A stretch of DNA of 64,000 nucleotides, from positions 23,980,795 to 24,044,794 of the forward strand of contig NC_092670.1 in the NCBI RefSeq assembly GCF_964355755.1. Reading direction: 5' to 3'. Shown one piece after another: positions 24,358 through 36,539 of this stretch (position 1 is the first letter of the stretch; each line of letters begins with the position of its first letter). The notes beneath the pieces are model-generated. The model made no database searches. It had not been told where the DNA came from and saw only the letters and a program-made list of their open reading frames with translations. The DNA is from Antedon mediterranea (Eukaryota; Animalia; Echinodermata). Position numbers and translations under genes: made by a program.

Positions 24358-27300
24358 TTAACAATTTAAAGAATATTGATAATATGAGCGGAGTCAATGT
24401 TGTTGTAAAGGTTTATTTTTTATGATAAACATCACCTACTTTGAACCCGGAGCTACTATTTAAAACATGAGTTATTACAACCCACTGTATATAAGCTGTC
24501 ATTGTAATCCTGGTGCATTGATAGATTTTAAATTCATATCAGTGTATGTTGTATCACCCAAATCATTAACCCAAAATACCGACAAAGAAATTACTATTTG
24601 AAATGATTGAAACAAATCTACTCCTACTAACCTTAATATTATTGGATATAAAGAGATTCCGAATAACTACGGTATAATCTCTCAGATTTCAATTAAAACT
24701 ATATAACGTTAAGTACTGATTTTCGAATGGATTACATGTCCTGAAACTGGTTGTTTACTGAAATTGGATATTCGGTTCATTTACCTGCTGTTCTCTCTCT
24801 ATATTTTCTGATTTACCTAATGAGGCCTGGATGATTAGTTAATCGCGTTTAACGTTTCGAAGAAAATAATCTAAATTGATCCAAAACTTGTGGTATAAAA
24901 AATAATTATTTATAAATGACAAAGGTAACTGTGTCGTACATTATTACTCAAAATTATCGTTAGAAATCGAATAACAATTGAAACAAATGTTACTAGACCA
25001 TTATTCTCTATATTTAGAAAAAATATATGTTAAATGCCATTAGTCCATTCTGTAACGTCTGTTTTGTTTATGTTAGTCCGTTTTCTAAATTAAGCGTAAA
25101 TTCTTCGAACATTTTGAATTTTATTACATTAACGTTAGAATCATTTATAACTATTTTTTATTGCGAATTTAATTTCTCGCATTAATTTAACCCATTACGA
25201 AAGCTTTTAGTAAAAGCAATCATATTTTCTAATAATGGTCATGTTAAATTTTGTTCATTTTTACTACTTATAATATATTTTTTTTTATTACATTCTTTTT
25301 TAGGAGAATAACACAAAATTCAGTATTTGAAAACAAAGATGATGTAATAAGAGGCCTACATGCATTAAAGCTCACATTTCTACTACATTTTTAAAAATAC
25401 AACTGGAATTACTTCAGAATGGACTCAATTTATTGCAGTAATGTTAATATGTTGTACTAATTATTATTATAAGTTTGATTTTTTACTTTAAAAAAAACCA
25501 TGTTTCATATGATTTCAACAAGAAAACAAAGAATTACAAAGTACACACAGAACAAAAACAAAATACAAGGATTGTCAAAAGCGAACGTAATCACAGTAGG
25601 AAGATTTTCCTTCTGTAGCAATTCTGAATAAAATTGAAAATAAAAATTGATATAATGATTTACAAAAACAAAATTGTAATCAAACTTAATTGATAAATTA
25701 AAAATTAATAAACGGGGAGAGAATAGGAGAATTTAGGTATGGACTAAACACAGAACAGATATACTGTCAAAATATTTGAATAATTTTCCTAGGTATAGGC
25801 CTGCAATCAAGACATATCCATGTTGAATGACAACAGATGGGTAATCTGGAATAATTATGTGTACGTGTGTGGGTTGTCCCACAATACGATATTGATATCC
25901 AAATAGAAAAGTTAATTAAATATAACACATAATACAATAACGTTAATATGGAAGTCAGCCAATCGATAAATAATTACGAGAAACCTACCTCAGTCAAATG
26001 ATCTTTGATGAGGTTGTTTTGGTCAGGTGTTTTTATAGACTCTTAATTACAATTCGGAATACACCTCCTTTTTCTATTTTGTAGGCTTCGTTGAATCTAG
26101 AACAAACAGACGAGTGTTGTTATTACTAAAAGTCCACCGAATTATTATTATTATTATCGCACATTTCAAATAAATTAGTTCAGTGAACGGTAGTCAATCA
26201 GTTTGTCAATGTTTGGTTGCAAGGTGTAAGTATTACAGGTCATCTTTGGTATTAGTCAGACTTTTTGCTAAAAAAAAGTGTCGCGTTAAAGTCAATTAAA
26301 CAGGTTTATCGATTTTATCGTGAATTAGGAATTGCCACCAATCTCAGTTTGACATTTATCAGGTAACAAATAAGATGTATCGATAGTAAAGCAGTTGTTA
26401 AAGGTATGAATTAGTCAACTACTTTCTTCAATTAGTCTAAGTGATAGAAATGAAGAACAAAGCTAGTTTGGACTGGAAATTAGTAAGATACATGTCGGAC
26501 AGTAGGATAGGTCATTTTGGTCAATTCCTGTTTGTTAATCAAGACAGTTTGTGAAATATAATATATATCTCAGTGGCAAGTCAGTTCGTCACAGCGGGCA
26601 AAAGATATTTCTTATAGCAAGCACTCAATATAGACTCCAGGGTTGAAGTCATTCAGTTTCCAGTTTGTCGGTTAGTCCATCAGTTAAGAAGCTTTAATGC
26701 AAATCGTTAACGTGATTTAATGTTTTTGCTATTAAAGTGACTAATAAGCTAATGTGATTATACTGCTTTTCTATTTACGGCGTCAAGCACGCTGTTAATA
26801 ACTCCTTACATGTAAGACTATAATAGCATTAGAAAAGTGTCTCTCTAATCATCTTCCGTTATTAAACGAATTTGTGTGTTATTAGCTATCAATCCTGATG
26901 TACATAGATAGGTTTTATTTTATTGTACATCATTTCTTGTATCATATAATGTTCTTTTGACAATTATGGAGAAATGCAAACAAGGCTACTGAGCAACGAT
27001 TACAAAAAGAAAATGCCTAGGCCAGTAATTAATTCAGGGTTCTTTGAAAAATCTACTGTATATTGAAACGTGATGATAGTCTCCAACGGTGTATTCTTGA
27101 GCTAAAACATGTAATCGTTATAAAAGAACCATGCACAGTCATCCATAAAAGATCAATGTTATATATGCAGAGTTGTAGATTGAATTTGCACGGATATATA
27201 TGAACGTTTAATTAAGTGGTGGACATCATGTTGACGTGCCAGTGAAGAACCTTATAATCTAGTGTGAGTGGTGCTATATTCCACTGTGCCGGTAGACGTC

Positions 27301-29339
27301 ATACGTTCACTCGACGTGCTCAGTCAGCGAACGGCAAAGGAAACTCATCCCCATGACAATTAGAGCCTGTGAATCCTCTTACCAAGTAGCAAATAAAGAT
27401 AAGATATAACATTTAAATAAATATATCAGAAAATATCCACACAAGAAATATAAAAAAACCATTTATAAAAATACAAAAACAAGCAGAAAAGTAAAATAAC
27501 TTTTTCTGTTCTCTTATTTCATATCGCTTACGCCCTCTATAGTTGAATGCAAAAGAACACTTTGAACGAAACAACCACGACGCATAACAATGTTTGTAGC
27601 CTACGATGTATCAATTTTAACACCTACACAATTGTGTTGGTACACCACTGCCACAGCTAAACTTGTACTTGTGGGAGAAAACATCTATATATTCTTATAT
27701 TTTACTGCACAAAATGTTTACAATCCATACACAACTCGGCAATTTTGTGACGTCATCGCTTTTCACCATTTTCCTTTATTACACGATAAATGTTTATTCC
27801 GAATATCAGACAAGTGGATCAAACGAGAATCAAAATTGATTTGCGCGCGCACATCAAATTGCGTGTCTACTTGATGTTAATGTACTATGATATAAAAACA
27901 TTTGTATGTCAGAAATTGAGATTAATAACGTCGAGTAAAAAAAAGTACTTTGTGTTCGCTTAATTGTAGGCCTACACCACGCAGAGTAGGCTATGTGTTT
28001 ATCATTAGGTGTACCAATCTCTCTCAAGGTCTGCTCCGATGCATCTAAGAAATGTGACAGTCAAGAACGAATACATTATTCGTCCGTAACGTGTTCGTTC
28101 ACAAATATTAATCTATAATCAACTCCCACTTGGCATTCTCCATTTTCAATCTTTTCAGCAATTCAAATCAGTTTTTAAAACACCTGTTTCCATAGTCTCA
28201 TTGCCTCTTATAATAGCGCTGTCAGGCAGCAGTGAAGGGGAATTTATAAAAACAAACATATCGTTAGGATATAAAATAATTTCAAAACGGATAAGTGTGA
28301 GTATGAGCGGTGGCTGGATTTCAGGGGTGTAGTGTCGATGAAAAATCAGGTGTGACGTATTTTATTTATTTTATATGAAATAGACAAAGAAAAAGAATTA
28401 TGTGGTGAGACAAAGACAAAAAAAGTTATTGAAGAAACAGTCGAAAATTCTAGATCTCTGATCGTTCCACATTCCCTAAAAATCCAGGAGCATCCTTTGT
28501 TATTGATTGTACGCATGCGCATATTACTCGCATCGTTAATAGGTCAGAACTATGTATAAAATAGGTATATTTCATGCAGGTGTGGGTAATGGACGCGTTC
28601 ACGTTATCTATCAGAACCAGACGAACCCGCATTCTCATGTTGAATTTGTTTTATTATTAGTACCATGCAAATAGCATTCTATTGACAATTAATTGACATT
28701 TGAAATTTTCACTTAAGAAAACATTCCAGAGTTCATTTCTAGAAACTCTCCTCTTCTCATTATGTTTCCATTTCAAACTCGAATGTGAAAATTGATTACA
28801 AATGTCTTTCTACAACGAAGGTCATTCAATTTGCCAAACGTGTGTATCATATTTTGTGTGCGATTCGAGTGTGCGACCGTTTTAAAGGCATACAGTACGT
28901 GAACTGGATTGGTCAGATGTTTGTCCTAATGTGACGTAATTGTACTTAATAAATCATTCTCAGACTCGAAACACACATGAACTACAGATCTAGTCTGGCT
29001 TTATTACCTTAGGCCATCGAGCTTGTGCCAGTGGCTAGGGGTTAGATTCGAGCCCAAGGAAGCAGTGGCTACTGCACACACAGGATGTTTAACTACTACC
29101 CGATGTCAGATCTTTGCGTAAAAACGTAATTGTACTCAAGTTGTTAGTGATAAATAATTATTATGTATGCAAATAGAGCCCTATCCAACAAAATCTTCCC
29201 ACGTGTATTTCTACAGTATTAGGTGGCCCCACGTTCGTTTCTGGGGAATCCAAAAGGAGAGGTTATTGTATACGAAATGCAGTATAAAATTCATCTAGAA
29301 CATGATACGAGTGATACCATAGATTAAAGGTTTTTTCTA

Positions 29340-29516
29340 AAGCGTGGTTCCCACTAGAACGTAACGCAAGGACGTAAACGCAACGCAAGCGTTTTAACCA
29401 ATGACAAGCGAAGTTATAGACAGTTAGCAATCAAAAGCGAATAAGCCATCGCTTGTGATTGGTCAACTTGCGTTGCGTTACGTCCTTGCGTTGCGTCGCT
29501 AGTGGGAACCACGCTT
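29340..29516. mobile_element. Best-preserved MITE family A copy (probably PIF/Harbinger-related)
   Basis: TA|AAGCGTGGTTCCCACTAG ... CTAGTGGGAACCACGCTT|TA with perfect 18-bp TIRs and extended internal symmetry (ACGCAAGGACGTAA, CCAATGACAAGCGA / TCGCTTGTGATTGG). Confidence 0.92.
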
Positions 29517-30394
29517 TATGTACCGTAATCTAAAACAACATGAATAAAATAATACGCGTGATATCATCCGACCTATGACCCGAGTCTTGGATCTGGACAC
29601 AGACGAAGCAGAATTCATCTAAGCTCATCACCATCAGTCACTATTATATATGTGTCATCTGATTTTAAATTTTGTCTGACTCAAAATAAAATCACTTTCA
29701 GTTTTAAGTATAATATAATTCCTTAATTTAAAATAAAATGTTTTCTGAAGATTTATAAATAAGGCCGTTTATGCCGATACGTAATGTAATAGTGATAACT
29801 CCCGCGGGAATGTCAAATATCTTAATGTTATAGTTATATATCCCATGGTTATACCGCCACAATTACCACAACAATGGTTATAAAATGTATGATTTATCCT
29901 TTCAATGAATTTCCACAAAGGAGCAAAATTATCATTTTCTGTTTTCTAAAACCATAATGTCATTTTAACATTATAGGCCTGGTGTAGCATATGTTTAATA
30001 ACATTATAAACTTTGTCCAAAGAAGAATTGCTCGGTAATATTCGTTCGATTAGGGCCTGTGACAAACCAGGGATTCACTCTTCCCTGATAAAACTTTATC
30101 TACTGAAAATTATATCATACAGTAAATGAAAAATAGAGGAGGAAACTGATAAAGTTAAACTGTATTATTGTGATTTTTTTTGTTGAAGTTTATTTAATCC
30201 GTTTATCAATCAGTATAATAGAGAAAATATTCCCGATCGCTTCCGGAACGCGATATTTCTTTTCGATAAGTTGGGACCCCTCATGAAACGTTACAAAATA
30301 AACATGAATATTCATTATTCATAATCATAAGGTGAGACGTACGGTACTGTAAGAATTGAGTTAACTACACTTTACTTTGCAAACGCTTTCCGTC

Positions 30395-30480
30395 GAGCCG
30401 TCTATGTAGGCGAATGGAATAATGGACTTTGCATGTCGATGTATGAGGTTTGAATCCCATGAGCAATTTGTTTTTATTTC
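30395..30480 (+). mobile_element. Highly decayed tRNA-like/SINE head
   Basis: TAGGCGAATGG (A-box-like) ... GGTTTGAATCCC (B-box-like) followed by a T-run. Confidence 0.35.
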
Positions 30481-32333
30481 ATGGGGAGAGAGAGAAATTA
30501 TTTAAAGTGTTTAGTTACCCCTGGGAAGTATAGTTCGGCTATATTTCACGTAAGGAGTCCACAACCACAAATAAATGATTCATTTATTCACTTGATCAAA
30601 ATAAATTTTAAAACAATAACAAGAATAATATAACAAGAAATAGATTACCTGCAATTAAACTGCAGGAAATTGGAGTTAATGGTATTAAACATTAAAGCAG
30701 ATAGACATGAGATAAAAATGTTAAAACATATATCATAAACAAAAATGTAGTTTTGTCAACACATTATTTAGAACGGGTGGTTTATGACGTAAGGTTAAAA
30801 AAAAAACATATCAACATTTTAGCGCTCGTAGAAAATCCGTCAAAAATTGTAATACTATGAAGGGGAATTACTGACGAAATGATCTGCTGTTTTTATCAAT
30901 GACTACTGTAGATCTCAAAAGAGATAGAAATAAAGCAAACAGCTAAATCTAAACGGCAAATGAAAACAGCCAGAAATAAATTGCAGAGCTTTCGTGTATA
31001 CCTTTTCCTTTCAGCGCAATTGTAATATCATTGCTAGAACGGGAACGTTATAAAGGAAGAGTCATGTTAACACAAAGGTAAAGGTAAAGGTGCGCATCCC
31101 TTTTCACGTCCAGTGTTTTGGCGCATCGGCTTGCAAAACTACCGTACCCACTGATAACCCTACCACTAGTATGTATCTTTTTTTTAAGTGCAACAAAAAT
31201 ACTTACTATGTCTCTTTCGTTAGTGTTGTTGTTACAACTGCAAACGTGTAAAGTGCACAACACAATTGCGTACAAGGAACTTACTTATCAACAACCACTA
31301 ACAGACAGACAATTCCGTGTACGGTTTATTGTCATGCATTATGTACAATAACAGTTTTCTCTTGTAGAAAATGAGAATAATAAATAAATAATACCCGATG
31401 ACTTGTTAATTATTTCAGTATACAATACACAACGGTATTGACTAAATTTTCCGTCATGGTTGAATAAGACACTAAACACTCGCATATAATTTTTACGTTA
31501 TGGAACTGCAACGTGTTTTTACCATTTTAGGGCAATAGACCTATTATAGTTAATATATCGAATATTTGGAAGCGGAAGCTATCACAATGTAATATTAAAT
31601 AACGGTATTATGTATAGGTTACCTTATACATACATCGAATAAACCATGCGCATCCACCACGCGTCGAGTAAGCGCCATGTACGTGTACGTCGCGTCCGTA
31701 TAATGAGTTGATTTTGAAGCTGCTGTCGTTTTTTGTTCACACCACATGTTCCAATTTCCCAGCAATGCTTTAGCAATTTCAGTTTGTGTTGTCATAAATT
31801 GTCTTCTTTTATAACATACTTTTATTATTTTTAGAGATATTAGGTTGCACACTAGTTTTGCCTAGAGAATAACATTATATCATAGCAGAAATACAATACA
31901 TAATCTGTTTACCTGCCTACTCGCAAAACATTATGAAAATATTGGGCCACGTTCATAATTGATATATTGGCACTGAGACGAGTAATTCATGTACAGTAAT
32001 TGTATAATAAACTTTACCACATCGTAAGTTTTGGAAGTTAACGAAAAAGTTCTTCTATAGAAATCACAAATATGTATTTTAAAAACGGATCGAAGCGCGC
32101 GCAGCTCGAACAAATTGCCACACAAGCACCAACAGCATTCTATAACTAAAGTCAATTTGATGAAATGCGAACTTTACCAACATTTTGGTGTAGTTTTATC
32201 GACAAATTGAATACTGATACTCTATAACTACTTTGTTCGTTGCGACTGTTGTTTACTTTAAGTTAAGTTTAAATTATCAGACAATTGTCTGAACTTGTGA
32301 TTGGTCAAATTAACTGACTTTCAGGGCGCTGAT

Positions 32334-32523
32334 GCTTGGTTCCCATTCCATAGAAAAGACGAAGTACAACGTAATGATTGGTTCTCACAAGGACGTAACG
32401 CAAAGACATAAGTGCAACGTAAGTGATTTGACCAATCACAAGCAAGGATTATTCGAACAAACGCTTATTGGTCCATTCGATTGCGTTACGTCCTTGTGTT
32501 GAATCCCTAGTGGGAACCAAGCC
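32334..32523. mobile_element. Diverged MITE family A copy
   Basis: GCTTGGTTCCCA ... GACCAATCACAAGC ... CTAGTGGGAACCAAGCC. Confidence 0.8.
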
Positions 32524-32643
32524 TTAGTTATTTACCTGGGTATGTTGATTCCTACCCAGCAAATTTGCCATAACTATGCCCATGAGACCAACTTACTTGA
32601 GTAAGTAAATAAGTGCGCATGTACGTGTGAACAGATTGTATAT

Positions 32644-32698
32644 TTAGGGCGTTATAACGCCGTATTTAACGCCCTAATACGGCGTTATAACGCCCTAA
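32644..32698. repeat. Nested inverted repeat (23-bp perfect arms, 9-nt spacer)
   Basis: TTAGGGCGTTATAACGCCGTATT-taacgccct-AATACGGCGTTATAACGCCCTAA; each arm contains the palindrome GGCGTTATAACGCC. Confidence 0.9.
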
Positions 32699-34198
32699 TT
32701 ATAAAATAATTTTTTTCTTTGGCGGAAATCAGCCACCGTAGTATAACGCTAAATTGAAAACCACCGTAAATTGTGGCACTTTTGCGAACATGATTTTATG
32801 TCTCGCTTACCTGGGTGTACTATGAACTGTCTTTGTAGAATCATTAGCGATAAGTCAAGGCACCGAAAGCCTTGTCCATTAGGCCTAGATGTGTAAAATT
32901 TTTTAAAATATTGATGTATCGACAATACATTGTGATACGAGTTAATGCATTTACTGTTAATTACACTCGTGTGTAACTCGTAGCGTGTCAGTGACATTTA
33001 CAAGTATAGTTCTAAATTGTCGGTGACAAAGATACACATAGTTGATAATAATATGGCTTAACAATCAAAAGAGCCTTACATTTTGTCCGTTATTGTTTGT
33101 CATTTTTATTCAATTTTCACACAGATACTAACAAAGTGCAAGGCAATTTCATTTTTAATGGATTCAAGTAAATTGTGTGGCTGTTTTGGTAAAGCCCGCC
33201 CTCTCAACCCGCTTATGAGACCCGTTTAAAAAAAATTGACTTCTGTTTTCGCACTGTACATTTTTATTATTTCACAGTATTATACTATAATATCTCTATG
33301 ATTAGTTGAAGCGTATCGAGATATTGGTCAAAAGTTTATTAAATGTTCGTTTTGAATTAAGTTGTTATAATTATAAAGAGATAATGCAATGTTGTAAAAA
33401 GACTGTCAAGTACGGCGTGTCCTGGTTTAAAATAAATTGAAAAAAATTCACTAACTGATTAATCCAAACAAATAGGCCTACATTGTTATCTAAACGGAAT
33501 GTTCGTATCTCCATAAATGAAGTATCTCCAAAGTGGTATAAGTTGCGTTTCGCTGCGTATTTTAACGGGTTTTTCATTATTAAAGATTTTAATTGTTATA
33601 TTTCCATGTTTGTGAATACATTGACAAAATAATATAACAATTTTTTCAATTTTTATTTAAATAGAAATAAGAGAATCAAAGCAACAGCACTGCCAAAAAA
33701 GTGGTAAAGTTGAAAGCTTACCAACCGTTGACTGGTTGCTACGGACAACCCTGAAATAGCCTTGTAAACAATTAAGTTTGTGATAGTTGTTTTTATTTTT
33801 TTCGTTTAATATGAGATCATGATTATAATTTTAGCCCGAAGCTTCGATATTATTACCTAGATGTTCAAAAATACCTCATTATACTTATTTAGCAAGTTAA
33901 TTAAGAAAGTGTATTGTTATAAACCGTCCATTTATTTTAGAGCACAAAACAGTATACACAAATAGTACATAAAATGAGACTTTACTAAAGATACAACGAA
34001 TAACTGTTCGTTAATTATTAGTTATTAAAATAACAAAGGTAGTCTACTTACTAGAGCATTTCAAGCTATAGAAGGTTGTCAAAGAGCATGTTATGACATA
34101 CCCTTCAAGTCTTCGGTAAGCAATTTTTGTTTTGTATTTTTTATAGCAATTCGTCACTGTATTTAAGAGTCGAATGAAGAAACATTGGTCATTGGTAT

Positions 34199-34327
34199 GG
34201 ACGCCTCCTCAGGTAGGCCCATTTTGTTTTTATTTGAAAAGTACAGAGGCCTTCTTAGGTAGGCTCAGTCATGTTTTGTTTGAAAAGTACGGAGACCTCC
34301 TTCGGTAGGCCTTATCATTTTTGTTTG
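34199..34327. repeat. Three degenerate ~46-bp tandem units, each containing GGTAGGC
   Basis: CCTCCTCAGGTAGGC...TTTGAAAAGTAC / CCTTCTTAGGTAGGC...TTTGAAAAGTAC / CCTCCTTCGGTAGGC. Confidence 0.8.
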
Positions 34328-34831
34328 ATTCATTTGAACCGTCCGATACCCGACTTCTTTTAATATCAAATGTATTCTTCTGATATGTGTTTGGGTTAAT
34401 ACAGTACTACATTGACCTGCATAAGCTATTTACAGTATGTTATACCGTATTTAACTTTTACAATTGCAAAGGGTTTTTATTTAAAGTAATCATTATTTGA
34501 TTAAAAACTCATTATATAACATAATTAGTTACCGTATTTAAATCGAATAGGCCTACCTTCGTATTAGGTTACAGTCAATAATTTACCATAATTCATACAC
34601 ACATCCAATATAATACATTTTTAATGAAATGTCACTGCGCGTGCAATAATATTTGATCAAGTTATTTGATATGTGTATTGAGATTGCGTTCGTTGTCTTT
34701 TTCTTTTCAGTATAACGTAAACGTATAACCATAGAGATAATAAATATAAAAATACTATAGTATGAGATCTCTTCTAACAAGCACGTCATTCACTTTTTCG
34801 AAGCGTCGTAAAGGTTCTGTCTACGGCTACG

Positions 34832-34951
34832 ATGAAACTGACAATTTTCCGACTGTTTTGTTTGATTGCTTTCTTCATGTTCATGTTTGTTGGATACGTA
34901 AGCGTAATCAAATTAACGTCAGTGGGATTGCTTGTTCAATATCATATTGAG
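34832..34951 (+). CDS. Galactose-3-O-sulfotransferase-like gene, coding exon 1 (type II signal anchor)
   Basis: ATG at 34832 with an in-frame TAA upstream at 34775. Encodes MKLTIFRLFCLIAFFMFMFVGYVSVIKLTSVGLLVQYHIE. Phase-0 donor GAG|GTATGG matches the phase-0 acceptor at 35415. Not in the ORF track. Confidence 0.85.
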
Positions 34952-35414
34952 GTATGGCACACACAGTAATATTTTATTTTGTTAAAACATATCTCCCCTT
35001 ATTAAGGGTGTCCCCTGAATAGGTGGTGTACCAAAGTAGAGGTTATCCTGTATGAATAATAAAGCATTAACTTACCGTTTTTAGTTGAAAACCTGCTGAT
35101 GATGCTGGTAATTCATTGCTTAAAAACGTTGAAATGGAATTTAATTTAGCTTCTCCATTTTACGATCAAACGTTGATATCTGTTAAAAATATTAAATTCA
35201 AAATAAAGATACCTTTATATCGTGTTAAGGAGACCTTATAGTACCAACAATTTCATTTGCTATTTGGTTGTGTGTGACTGTAGGCCAACATTACACGGCT
35301 GCATAGCGTCTATATTTACAGTGATCAACAACAAATGTATGTAGCAGCGTAGTAACTAAACCATTGGCATGCATGAGCTGAATTATTTACTTTGAAAATT
35401 ATTTGTTTTTAAAG

Positions 35415-36539
35415 GAATTCGTGAGGGCGGGAAAACCTCTCTTCATTCAAGTTCAGCCAAAATGCAAACCTGTAAAGAAGATCGTGTATATGAAAACACA
35501 TCAAACGGGAAGTACAACTTTAGCAGCCATTTTGGACAGATTCGCTTACAACAACCAACTAACACTACCGATTTACCAAGGTGTCACTGACCATGTTCCC
35601 TTTCGTAGGAGCATGGTGGCAAATCAAGGAAAATTAGATATGTTGACGTCTCACACTTTGTATAATAAAGCTGAAATGGACATTGCATTCCCTGGTGCAG
35701 TATATATAACTATTGCAAGGGAGCCAAGCTCTCATTTTGAATCTGTGTTCACATATTTTGGCCTGGCGAAGAGGATTTACGAGCCAGACCCTAAGATGGC
35801 TATTGACGATTTCTTGCATGAGCCTAGTAGGTATCTCACTTACAGTCGATCGCCATTTAATCGGGTTTGGAACGGACAGATGCAGGAGTTTGGTTTGAAG
35901 AAACACGAATTTAATGATAATAAACGTGTTCAGCAGAAGATTAAAGAACTCGATTTAGAATTCGATTTAGTTTTGATTACAGAATATTTTGATGAGTCAA
36001 TGATTTTGTTGAAGGATTTTCTCTGCTGGAACTTTGAGGATGTTGTATACATGTCAATGAATGTTAGAAGTGAAAGATCGATCTTATCAAAAGATTCAAA
36101 AAGGAAAATTCGATCTTTAAGCAAAGCCGATGTTGCATTTTATAATCATTTTAATAAAACCTTTTGGGATAAAATTCACAAAAAAGGAAAGAAATTTCAG
36201 AAAGATTTGTCTGAATTCAAGCGAATTAAGAAAGAATATCTTGCCTTGTGTCTTACTAATGAAACAACAATAAAACTGCATAGAATTAATGTATCTACAA
36301 ATATGAACAAACTGCAAGCAGGGCTGTCTGCTGATGAAGCTCAAGAAACCTGCGGAAGTTTAAAAAAGAATCACCTAGAATGGTCAGCGATTATCAATGA
36401 TAGAATGCTGAAGAATGGCTTGGTTAGCTATGAGACTTTTAAACAAATTAAAGAAAACAGCAAGAAATCCAAAACTGCGAAACAATCGGCACATAACCCT
36501 GTAGTTAGAAGGCTAGCTATACCTAAATTAACAGATTGA
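35415..36539 (+). CDS. Galactose-3-O-sulfotransferase (GAL3ST/cerebroside sulfotransferase family)-like, catalytic exon; joined protein 414 aa
   Basis: Acceptor TTTGTTTTTAAAG|GAA. Family motifs CKPVKKIVYMKTHQTGSTT (5'-PSB), YITIAREP..HFES.F.YF (3'-PB), FDLVLITEYFDESMILLKDFLCW and D..FYNHFNKTFW. AATAAA at 36583. Confidence 0.92.
   Translation, partial: EFVRAGKPLFIQVQPKCKPVKKIVYMKTHQTGSTTLAAILDRFAYNNQLTLPIYQGVTDHVPFRRSMVANQGKLDMLTSHTLYNKAEMDIAFPGAVYITIAREPSSHFESVFTYFGLAKRIYEPDPKMAIDDFLHEPSRYLTYSRSPFNRVWNGQMQEFGLKKHEFNDNKRVQQKIKELDLEFDLVLITEYFDESMILLKDFLCWNFEDVVYMSMNVRSERSILSKDSKRKIRSLSKADVAFYNHFNKTFWDKIHKKGKKFQKDLSEFKRIKKEYLALCLTNETTIKLHRINVSTNMNKLQAGLSADEAQETCGSLKKNHLEWSAIINDRMLKNGLVSYETFKQIKENSKKSKTAKQSAHNPVVRRLAIPKLTD

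Noticed and set aside
35096-35135. CTGATGA...AAAACGTTG hammerhead-like string in the sulfotransferase intron
   Set aside because: No convincing stem II and GAAA is not intact; at best a dead remnant.
35403-35414. ORF-track start of the sulfotransferase
   Set aside because: The TTG lies in the polypyrimidine tract; the exon starts at 35415 and the ATG is in the upstream exon.
35634-36344. Antisense and alternative-frame ORFs over the sulfotransferase exon
   Set aside because: Shadow ORFs with no recognisable motifs.
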